Below are positions 56,631-64,000 of a DNA stretch of 64,000 bases, one piece after another. Source of the DNA: an uncultured Flavobacteriales bacterium (GTDB lineage: Bacteria > Bacteroidota > Bacteroidia > Flavobacteriales_D > Sanyastnellaceae); NCBI GenBank assembly GCA_905479395.1, contig CAJQMI010000033.1, forward strand, positions 2,318-66,317, read 5' to 3'. The notes under the pieces are model-generated. The model was not told where the DNA came from, searched no databases, and saw only the letters and a program-made list of their open reading frames with translations. Position numbers and translations under genes: made by a program. Position 1 is the stretch's first letter; the number at the start of each line of letters is the position of its first letter.

Positions 56631-57311
56631 TTAATTCTTGCTTTTGCTATTGACGGTATTCCCTCCGCGCATTCCATTTGCTGCGCCGCGCATTCGATCT
56701 GTCGCTGTATTCTTTCCCTTGTCCATTGCGTCTTTTGCCCGATCCTGGATGGATTTACCTTCGTCCCCTTCCTTCGTTTCAGGCTCCAAAGTTTCGCCAG
56801 GAACATATCCCAAGGCTTTGATCAAACGGTCCGAAATGTCATACTTCGGGTTGGTGTAAAGCATGTTGCTCTGATTGCTTTTATCGAAAACAACCATATA
56901 GCCGCTTCCACTTGCAATGCCCTTTAGCTCTTCAAACACCTGATCTTGAACGGGTTGAATGAGCTCTTGACGCTTCTGAAACAACTCGCCTTCTACACCG
57001 AATTTCGATTTCTGTAAATCGCGCGCTTCCAATCGCTTCGTGCTGATTTCTTCTTCTCGCTTGGCGCGCATCTCTGCGGTCAACAACACACGCTCTGCAC
57101 GGTATGCCAATTCCAAGCGCTCGATGGATTGAATCTTGGTCTCGATTTCAACTTGCCAATCAATGGCCATTTGATTCAGCTCCGTCTGCGCATTAGCATA
57201 TTCCTGCAGGTGCAGCAGAACATAATCCGTGTCCACGTAAGCAAATTTCTGAGCATTGGAAGTGGAAATTCCACCGAGTAGGACCAAAGTGGCAATGAGA
57301 ATATTTTTCAT
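56631..57311 (-). CDS. OmpH/Skp-family periplasmic chaperone, paralog with a disordered C-terminal tail
   Basis: Signal peptide MKNILIATLVLLGGISTSNAQ, KFAYVDTDYVL, coiled coil. Extra ~54-aa charged, Gly/Asn-rich tail. ATG 57311 is preferred over TTG 57320. Confidence 0.82.
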   Translation of the reverse strand: MKNILIATLVLLGGISTSNAQKFAYVDTDYVLLHLQEYANAQTELNQMAIDWQVEIETKIQSIERLELAYRAERVLLTAEMRAKREEEISTKRLEARDLQKSKFGVEGELFQKRQELIQPVQDQVFEELKGIASGSGYMVVFDKSNQSNMLYTNPKYDISDRLIKALGYVPGETLEPETKEGDEGKSIQDRAKDAMDKGKNTATDRMRGAANGMRGGNTVNSKSKN

Positions 57312-57332
57312 CCTTTTCAAGTCGATTGTTCG

Positions 57333-59879
57333 TTATAATTCACCGGTATTCATTCCAATACTAAAGTGGAATTGCCCCCGTGACATGTTGGGCTGCGTTG
57401 GGATATCATCCAATCTCCACCCATAATCCAAACCAAGCAAACCAAACATAGGAAGGAAGATTCTCATCCCCACACCTGCTGATCGATAAACTTCGAAAGG
57501 ATTGAATTCTCGGGCATCAGCCCATGTTTTTCCGGCATCCAAGAAGGCAAGCATATAAATCGTTGCACTTGGATTGGTAGAAAGGGGATATCGGAGTTCA
57601 GCACCATATTTCGCGATGACCGGTGCTCCCGTGTTCTGATCGGGCATGGTCAATGACAAGTCATCGAAACCACGCAAATTCACAATCTCTCTTCCATCTA
57701 AGACATAACCACTGAGGAAGACACCGCCCAAGTAAAATCGCTCAAAAGGAGAAAGACCGACTGAACGGTTATACTGGCCAATGAGTCCAATTCCTGCATG
57801 GGTGCGCAACACCAAAGTTCGGGGGTTTTCACCTGCGGACTGAGTCAATGGCGTGTACCACTCCGCTTTTACCTTCCACTTGTGGTATTCAACCCATCGG
57901 AATCGATCTTGATCTGACAGATCAGCATAGTAATCATCATCTTCCCCTCTAAATGTGCTGAACGGAGGCGTGGCCTTCACTGAGAGTGAAATGTTTGAGC
58001 CCCAAACCGGATAAATCGGATCAGAAACAGAGTTACGAGCCAATGTAAAGTTGGCTGCTAAGTTGTTGGCTGTACCATCAGAGAAACTGAAGAAGACGCC
58101 GTAATCATTCAGCTGAAAGTGTTGGTAGCTCAAGGCCACATTCATGGTGAACCAGTCATCTGGTTTCTTCCATCGTTGGCCAAATCCCACCTGTACACCG
58201 GTGATTTGCAAAGATTGTCGCAAGTCATTGAGCACGCCATCGATACGTTTTGGCTGGCCATTGGACTGCACAGAACGCCACACATTGAAGCTCAGTGCGT
58301 TGGGCTTCTTTCCTCCCAACCAAGGCTCCATAAAACTAAAATTGTAACTCTGGAAGAACAGACCATTGGACTGCGCTCGCACAGAAACACGTTGCCCATC
58401 GCCCGTGGGAATTGGCTTCCATGCGCCCTTTTTGAACATGTTCCTCGCACTGAAATTGGTAAAGCTCACGCCCAAGGTCCCTACGACACGGCCTCCGCCC
58501 CAACCCCCGGAAAGCTCAATTTGATCCGATGGCTTTTCTTCAACCGCATATTCAATATCCACCGTGCCATCCTCAGGATGTTGGATGGGGTTGATTCCAA
58601 ATGCTTCTTGATTGAAATAATTCAACTGGGCCAATTCTCGCTGCGTTCGGATGATGTCGGTCCTTGAAAACAAATCTCCTGGACGCGTTCGTATCTCTCG
58701 ATAAATCACGTGATCATTCGTTTTGGTATTGCCTTTGACCAAAATTCTTCCGATGCGGAACTGCTTGCCTTCCATCATCCTCACTTCGATGTCAATCGTA
58801 TCGTTTTCGATGCGTGTCTCCATTGGCATGGCCTGGAATGTGAGGTAACCATCGTCCTGGTACAATGAGCTCAAATCCATTCCTTTTGGATCCATGAAAA
58901 CGCGGGTTTCCAGCCGTTCTAAGCTGTAGGTATCTCCGCGTCGAATCCCAAGAATAGAATCCAATTGTGTGCTTCGGTATTTGGAATTGCCCGAAAATGA
59001 AACGTCTCCAAAGTAAAATTGATTTCCTTCATTGATGTTGAAGGCGATGCCCACATTGCCATCGTCCAAGCGGTAAATCGAATCCGAAATCACCCGAGCA
59101 TTGCGGTATCCGTCCGCATTGTAAAGTGCAGAAATACTTGCCTTTGCCGAGGCGACATTGGCTTCCACGAATTTACTAGACTTGAACACACGGTACCACT
59201 TCTTGCTTTTCAAGTCCTTCATGGCACGAAGCACTTTTTTCTCCTCGATTCTTCCCGTCCCAGCAAGAACGATTTCACCAACTTTGACCTTGACGCCCTT
59301 GTCGATGGAGATTTTTAGCCGCGCACCATTCTCAAAAGCGGTGTCATTCGCTTGAACAATGTCTACACGAGCATCCCAAAACCCCTTTTCATAATAGTAA
59401 TCATCCAACCGCTTCTTCGCTGTTTTGATGACATTTTTGTTCACCACACGTCCCGTCAATAATTCAATTTTCCCTTTGAGCGTTTCCTGTTCAGATCGGC
59501 TAACACCTTCGAAGTTGTACCGGGTCAAACGGGGCAGTTCATCCACACGAATGACCAGGTATGCCCGGCTGTCTCGAACTTCTGCAAGTTCGACCGCGAT
59601 ATCAGAGAACAGTTCTTGAGCCCAAAGATTTCGGATGGCACGGGTAATCTCTTCTCCTGGGATGGTCAATTCCTGTCCGATTTGAAGCGCACTAAAAAGC
59701 TTCACCGCTTGTTGATCCGTGTATTCAGCTCCAATTATCGTTACTCCTCCGAGTGTGTATGTCTCGGAAGTCTCCGTGGTAAGTGCCCCTTGGGCGAATC
59801 CATTGGACCCCGCCACGAGGCTCACCAAGACCATGGCTGCAAATCGAAATCCCTTCATATTCGTTTCAAAATTTCTCAT
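57333..59879 (-). CDS. bamA: outer membrane protein assembly factor BamA
   Basis: 848 aa. Signal peptide, POTRA repeats (e.g. YTLGGVTIIG, KVGEIVLAG, FRIGRILVKGN) and a C-terminal Omp85 barrel. Start overlaps the uppS stop (ATGA). Confidence 0.93.
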   Translation of the reverse strand: MRNFETNMKGFRFAAMVLVSLVAGSNGFAQGALTTETSETYTLGGVTIIGAEYTDQQAVKLFSALQIGQELTIPGEEITRAIRNLWAQELFSDIAVELAEVRDSRAYLVIRVDELPRLTRYNFEGVSRSEQETLKGKIELLTGRVVNKNVIKTAKKRLDDYYYEKGFWDARVDIVQANDTAFENGARLKISIDKGVKVKVGEIVLAGTGRIEEKKVLRAMKDLKSKKWYRVFKSSKFVEANVASAKASISALYNADGYRNARVISDSIYRLDDGNVGIAFNINEGNQFYFGDVSFSGNSKYRSTQLDSILGIRRGDTYSLERLETRVFMDPKGMDLSSLYQDDGYLTFQAMPMETRIENDTIDIEVRMMEGKQFRIGRILVKGNTKTNDHVIYREIRTRPGDLFSRTDIIRTQRELAQLNYFNQEAFGINPIQHPEDGTVDIEYAVEEKPSDQIELSGGWGGGRVVGTLGVSFTNFSARNMFKKGAWKPIPTGDGQRVSVRAQSNGLFFQSYNFSFMEPWLGGKKPNALSFNVWRSVQSNGQPKRIDGVLNDLRQSLQITGVQVGFGQRWKKPDDWFTMNVALSYQHFQLNDYGVFFSFSDGTANNLAANFTLARNSVSDPIYPVWGSNISLSVKATPPFSTFRGEDDDYYADLSDQDRFRWVEYHKWKVKAEWYTPLTQSAGENPRTLVLRTHAGIGLIGQYNRSVGLSPFERFYLGGVFLSGYVLDGREIVNLRGFDDLSLTMPDQNTGAPVIAKYGAELRYPLSTNPSATIYMLAFLDAGKTWADAREFNPFEVYRSAGVGMRIFLPMFGLLGLDYGWRLDDIPTQPNMSRGQFHFSIGMNTGEL

Positions 59880-60640
59880 TGCACCGTTACGTTGTGGTTG
59901 GTGTCTAATAATCCTCCAAATCTGCGCTCCCGGTTTTGAAAATCACGGATCGCATTGAAGAAATTTTCCTTGCCAAAATCTGGCCACAGAGTTGATGTGA
60001 AATGGAACTCCGCATATGCCAGTTGCCAGAGCAAAAAATTCGAAATGCGGTGCTCGCCGCTCGTTCGAATCATCAATTCAGGGTCTGGAATCCCTCTGGT
60101 CGACAAGTATTCACTAACAGTTTCTGCAGAGATATCCGCAGAGCTCACCCCCGAATCAATTATCTTTTTGATGGCTTGAACCATTTCCCATTTTGAACTG
60201 TAGCTCAAAGCCAAAATCAAATCGAGGGATTCATTGCTCTCTGTGCTTGCTTCTGCTTCATCAAGCTGTGCCTGACAATTTTTGGGCAGTGCACCGACGT
60301 CACCAATTGTGCGCAATCGCACCCCCTTATTTCCGAGTTCATTCATTTCCTTTACCAGTGTGTCCACCAGCAAATTCATCAAGGCCTCAACTTCCTCCTT
60401 TGGACGGCTCCAATTTTCTGTGCTAAAAGCATACAGCGTGAGGTGTCGCACTCCCAATTCCATCGCTGCTTGCACTGAAGAACGAACAGCATCAACACCA
60501 TGCATGTGACCAAAAACGCGCGACTCCCCGCGTTCTTCGGCCCATCTTCCATTTCCATCCATAATGATCGCAACATGGCTGGGAATCCTATTAGGATCCA
60601 AACCTTGGCTTTCACAAACCTCTCGTTGTTTCGTGTTCAT
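59876..60640 (-). CDS. uppS: isoprenyl transferase (undecaprenyl diphosphate synthase)
   Basis: HVAIIMDGNGRWA, TLYAFSTENW, IRTSGEHRISNFLLWQLAYAE. Trimmed to ATG 60640. Confidence 0.95.
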   Translation of the reverse strand: MNTKQREVCESQGLDPNRIPSHVAIIMDGNGRWAEERGESRVFGHMHGVDAVRSSVQAAMELGVRHLTLYAFSTENWSRPKEEVEALMNLLVDTLVKEMNELGNKGVRLRTIGDVGALPKNCQAQLDEAEASTESNESLDLILALSYSSKWEMVQAIKKIIDSGVSSADISAETVSEYLSTRGIPDPELMIRTSGEHRISNFLLWQLAYAEFHFTSTLWPDFGKENFFNAIRDFQNRERRFGGLLDTNHNVTVQ

Positions 60641-61542
60641 TAGATCTCCGACCAACATGTGGTAGGTTTTTTACTGATTCGAAAACTGATGGAAGCCGAA
60701 ATGAACGCATAAAAGTCATCCCTTGAACTGTCGCCACGCTGCAGCCCTCCTTGATTGAGGATTTCTCCCTCCTGCACCAAACTTTGATCTGCCAAAGCCA
60801 CGGTCATTTCACCGCGCTCTTGTAGCAAGACACCCCGGTCAGCGTAAAGCCCACTCACGTCATCCAAATGGTCCGACCACGTTTTCCGAACTCCCCAGTC
60901 AAACGTGATGGCCGTAAAGGCGCCAATGTTCGATTTGAACCCAAAACCGATGGGAATCGAAACCCCTGAAGTCGCATACGGCTCGACGCCATACGCTTCA
61001 CCCCAAGACGTCCCCTGGCCTTCCGTTCCAAGCGGCTGGAGCGGGACCCACTGTCCGTCAATGGACGCTTCAGGCATGTGGTTATAAGCGGCAATACCTG
61101 TGAAAAGAAACGCTGTGAATCGGTCGCCTGGATCTCCCAAGCGGTGGTCGAGGTAATTGATTTCTACCCAAGCGCTCAACTCGCTGATGTCATTCCGAAA
61201 ATGCAGGTTGCGATTCTGACGCCATGGGTCGGGACTATCCGCATCCCAAGCTTCTACGCGGCCTTTGAAATAATTGACCCGCAGGGATATGCGCTGTGAA
61301 AAGTTGTGCCGGTAAAAACCTCCAAAACTAGGCGTCATGCGCCCTTTCAAGTGCTTGCCTTCATTGAGATCTCCCAAGTAATAGGCTGTGCCAAATGCCA
61401 AGCCAATCTCCTTTGATTGATCAAACTGGCGCTGCGCTTGCAGGCCATCAACCGCCAATATGACGCCTGCTGAGAGCAGCAAGATTCGGAAGGCAAATCG
61501 GGAAATATGTACTTGTATCAAAAACACGTGCAATTGAGTCAT
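60640..61542 (-). CDS. DUF6089-like outer-membrane beta-barrel protein
   Basis: Signal-like N-terminus, then EIGLAFGTAYYLGDLN. Tyr/Gly/Phe-rich strands. Conserved position upstream of uppS in Flavobacteriia, as recalled. Stop TAA overlaps the uppS ATG by 1 nt. Confidence 0.6.
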   Translation of the reverse strand: MTQLHVFLIQVHISRFAFRILLLSAGVILAVDGLQAQRQFDQSKEIGLAFGTAYYLGDLNEGKHLKGRMTPSFGGFYRHNFSQRISLRVNYFKGRVEAWDADSPDPWRQNRNLHFRNDISELSAWVEINYLDHRLGDPGDRFTAFLFTGIAAYNHMPEASIDGQWVPLQPLGTEGQGTSWGEAYGVEPYATSGVSIPIGFGFKSNIGAFTAITFDWGVRKTWSDHLDDVSGLYADRGVLLQERGEMTVALADQSLVQEGEILNQGGLQRGDSSRDDFYAFISASISFRISKKPTTCWSEI

Positions 61543-61637
61543 CTAACTCTCATGAATCTTAACGCACGAAAATACGCTGAATTGCCTGAATCAAATGCAA
61601 AAAACGGCCAACAAACATGGGATGTTATTCACGAAAA

Positions 61638-62516
61638 TCAGCGATCTCTTGGGTCAATGCCCCAGTGCATTTTGGCGCGAACCGTGCTGAAAAACTCTTG
61701 GTGCTCCAAATTCATCAGAACAAAACGGAAAGGAGCTGGGGTGACGCGCACTTTGCGTCCGCCATCCAAGATGAACATTCGCGAATCCAAACTCAGCAAA
61801 AACTGGTTCTCCCGGCCTTCTGCAGTCATTTGCAATTCGCCATGTGCTGGTATCACGAGGGGTCTGTTATTGAGATTGTGCGGAGCCACCGGATTGATGC
61901 ATAGAACTTCCGAACCCGGCATAACAATGGGTCCTCCAGCGCTCAAAGAATACGCTGTAGAACCGGTGGGAGTTGAAACGATGAGTCCGTCTGCCCAATA
62001 ATTGTTGACAAACGAGTCATCACGTTCCACCTCAACTGCCACCATGCTCGAAGTGTCTCGTTTCATGATCGCAACTTCATTCAGTGCATAGGGGAATTCA
62101 CCAAATTCCATCCCATCCACCTCAATTTTGAGCAACAACCGCTTTTCGTACCAAACTTTCCCAGCAGCAACGGCATCCATGGCCAAATCGATTTCATCGA
62201 TGCCCACGTTGCTCAAGAAACCCAATCGACCTGTGTTCACGCCAAGCACGGGGATTTCTGTGTCGCGCACTAGCGTCGCCGCTTCCAAGACAGTTCCATC
62301 GCCTCCAACGGCGATGAGCAAATCAAATCCTTCCACCTGATGAGGTTCATCGAAAGATTGCCAATCACGCGTCAGGGACATGCGTTCATCCAAAAAACGC
62401 TTGAAGTGAAACTCCAGCATTGGTCTATCGTCCAATGCCTTGATGCGCTTCAGAATCTGTTTGATGGCGTCATCAAATTCAGGAGAAAACGCTCTACCGT
62501 GAACTGCAATTTTCAT
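61638..62516 (-). CDS. nadK: NAD kinase
   Basis: GGDGT motif (LLIAVGGDGTVL), GVNTGRLGFL, STPTGSTAYSLSAGGPIV. Confidence 0.93.
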   Translation of the reverse strand: MKIAVHGRAFSPEFDDAIKQILKRIKALDDRPMLEFHFKRFLDERMSLTRDWQSFDEPHQVEGFDLLIAVGGDGTVLEAATLVRDTEIPVLGVNTGRLGFLSNVGIDEIDLAMDAVAAGKVWYEKRLLLKIEVDGMEFGEFPYALNEVAIMKRDTSSMVAVEVERDDSFVNNYWADGLIVSTPTGSTAYSLSAGGPIVMPGSEVLCINPVAPHNLNNRPLVIPAHGELQMTAEGRENQFLLSLDSRMFILDGGRKVRVTPAPFRFVLMNLEHQEFFSTVRAKMHWGIDPRDR

Positions 62517-62519
62517 GAT

Positions 62520-63185
62520 TTACTGATTCAAAAAACGCATAAATGCATCATATCGTTCCCTCATCTCCTCTTCCACCTCTGGTGCATGCAGGAAGGTTTG
62601 GATGGTGTAAGCATGCCTCTGAAACGTTGCGATTACCGGTTGCACATCTTCAGAATGCAACTTCAGCGTAACCACCACATTGCTTGAGTCACTCGCTTGG
62701 GACGTCGAACATGCAATGATTTTTGTCCCATTGCCTTCCACCAAACGGGCAATTTCTGAGATCGACAAGTCCCGTTCGGCAACCTCCAAAACAATCACGG
62801 CTCCTTTTCTAGCCCAGTGCGTTTGCTCAGCCAAAAAACGGAGAATGGAGGGGGCATCAACGGTTCCGGCGTATTTGCCCTCGTGCACGACCGGCATCGC
62901 ATCCACCTCAGCATTCACCCATTGAGCGACCAAGTCATACAAATGGCATTGCGGAGAAATCGATACCGGGCGGGCCTGTAGAGTTGCCATCGGAGTTTGA
63001 CTGTCGATTTCCATCAGGTCCTCTTCGTAGACAAGGCCCTGAAATTCTTCGCCGTTGACCAAAGGAAGATGTCGGACCTTGTAATCGTCCATCAATCCCA
63101 GCACTTGCGCAGCCGAGTCTTCGGGCCGCACAAATGGAAGATTTAAATTCATTATGCGCTCTGCATACATGGTGTAATTTTGCAT
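62520..63185 (-). CDS. CBS-pair domain protein with ACT-like C-terminal domain (AcuB-like)
   Basis: Two CBS repeats (..[18 protein letters not shown].., ..[17 protein letters not shown]..) followed by a ~75-aa alpha/beta tail. An internal ATG start is possible. Confidence 0.78.
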   Translation of the reverse strand: MQNYTMYAERIMNLNLPFVRPEDSAAQVLGLMDDYKVRHLPLVNGEEFQGLVYEEDLMEIDSQTPMATLQARPVSISPQCHLYDLVAQWVNAEVDAMPVVHEGKYAGTVDAPSILRFLAEQTHWARKGAVIVLEVAERDLSISEIARLVEGNGTKIIACSTSQASDSSNVVVTLKLHSEDVQPVIATFQRHAYTIQTFLHAPEVEEEMRERYDAFMRFLNQ

Positions 63186-63233
63186 CTATCCACCGATGGA
63201 ATGCACCGGAGGTGTTGGAATCTAAAGGTACGT

Positions 63234-63968
63234 ATGACACGACTCAGCGTCAACGTCAATAAAATTGCTACGCTGCGCAACGCTCGCGGCGGCAATGCGC
63301 CGGATGTAGTCGAGGCTGCGAAAAGAATTCAATCCTTTGGCGCACAAGGGATTACGGTTCATCCGCGCCCTGACGAAAGACACATTCGATACGCCGACGT
63401 GCGGGATTTAAAGCCCGCAATTCACACGGAATTCAACATTGAAGGCTATCCGTCAGACGCGTTTTTACGACTCGTTTTGGAGGTAAACCCCGAACAAGTG
63501 ACCCTCGTTCCAGATGGACCCGATGTGCTCACCTCCAATGCTGGATGGAACGTTTTAGCGGAAAGCGCTCTTCTCAAAAATGCCATAGACACATTTGGAG
63601 CTGCGGGAATTCGGGTGAGCTTATTCACTTCGACCGACCAAGCTCAAATCGAAGCGGCGGCTAAAATTGGGTCGAACAGAATTGAGTTGTACACGGAACC
63701 CTACGCCCAAGGATTCGCTCGCGGCGATGCAGATTCAGTCATCCCATTTGCTCGAGCCGCAGCTTTCGCACACAATTGCGGCATGCAAGTAAATGCTGGT
63801 CACGACTTGGACCTGCGCAACCTCAAGCATTTCGCCGAAAATGTGCCCTATCTCGCGGAGGTCAGCATCGGCCACGCATTGATTTCAGATGCGCTGTATC
63901 GGGGACTCGAAGAAACCGTGAAGTCCTACCTGATGTGTTTAAAATCATCATCCTTCTCCGGAAAATGA
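63234..63968 (+). CDS. pdxJ: pyridoxine 5'-phosphate synthase
   Basis: [57 protein letters not shown]. Trimmed to ATG 63234. Confidence 0.95.
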   Translation: MTRLSVNVNKIATLRNARGGNAPDVVEAAKRIQSFGAQGITVHPRPDERHIRYADVRDLKPAIHTEFNIEGYPSDAFLRLVLEVNPEQVTLVPDGPDVLTSNAGWNVLAESALLKNAIDTFGAAGIRVSLFTSTDQAQIEAAAKIGSNRIELYTEPYAQGFARGDADSVIPFARAAAFAHNCGMQVNAGHDLDLRNLKHFAENVPYLAEVSIGHALISDALYRGLEETVKSYLMCLKSSSFSGK

Positions 63969-64000
63969 CCCAGGTACTTGCATTGCATGCCCGGAAAATG

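Noticed and set aside
63969-64000. Possible start or end of a further gene after pdxJ.
   Set aside because: Only 32 nt remain before the window edge, which is not enough sequence to support any call.

Overview
The window reads as a densely packed core-chromosome segment with about 63 CDS on both strands, short intergenic gaps and many 1-8 nt stop/start overlaps. It most likely comes from a Bacteroidota (Flavobacteriia-like) bacterium. That assignment is an inference from four things: the uppS-bamA-ompH-ompH-murI and nadK-CBS-pdxJ synteny, the DUF6089, DUF3109 and PD40-OmpA proteins, a bacterial kynurenine 3-monooxygenase, and TAnnTTTG promoter-like boxes. Most genes are confidently recognisable housekeeping functions: accC, panD, gdhA, hflX, rbfA, dusB, ispD, Fe/Mn SOD, purH, mreBCD-mrdA-rodA, sucAB, lpd, rfbA/rfbD, pabB, tilS, dsbD, gmhA, murI, bamA, uppS, nadK and pdxJ. 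I found no rRNA or tRNA genes, CRISPR arrays, transposases, integrases, phage genes, toxin-antitoxin pairs or recognisable defence genes, and no obvious compositional island. I therefore cannot point to a clear-cut novel system. The best candidates for undescribed biology are five: (1) a radical-SAM/SPASM enzyme plus a flippase-like UPF0104 membrane protein, divergent from a Cys-rich DUF3109 / PD40-OmpA pair; (2) a translationally coupled panD - UPF0104 paralog - heptose-1-P adenylyltransferase-like operon; (3) a stand-alone MMPL/RND transporter in an operon with rfbA, a polyprenyl synthase and an orphan 120-aa protein; (4) a kynurenine monooxygenase coupled to an uncharacterised secreted beta-barrel-like protein; (5) a DsbD with a tandemly duplicated redox-active N-terminal domain. 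Several ORF-track entries use TTG or GTG starts or run upstream of the likely start, and I trimmed these to starts supported by N-terminal homology or signal peptides. All family assignments come from motif recognition by eye, and no searches were run.
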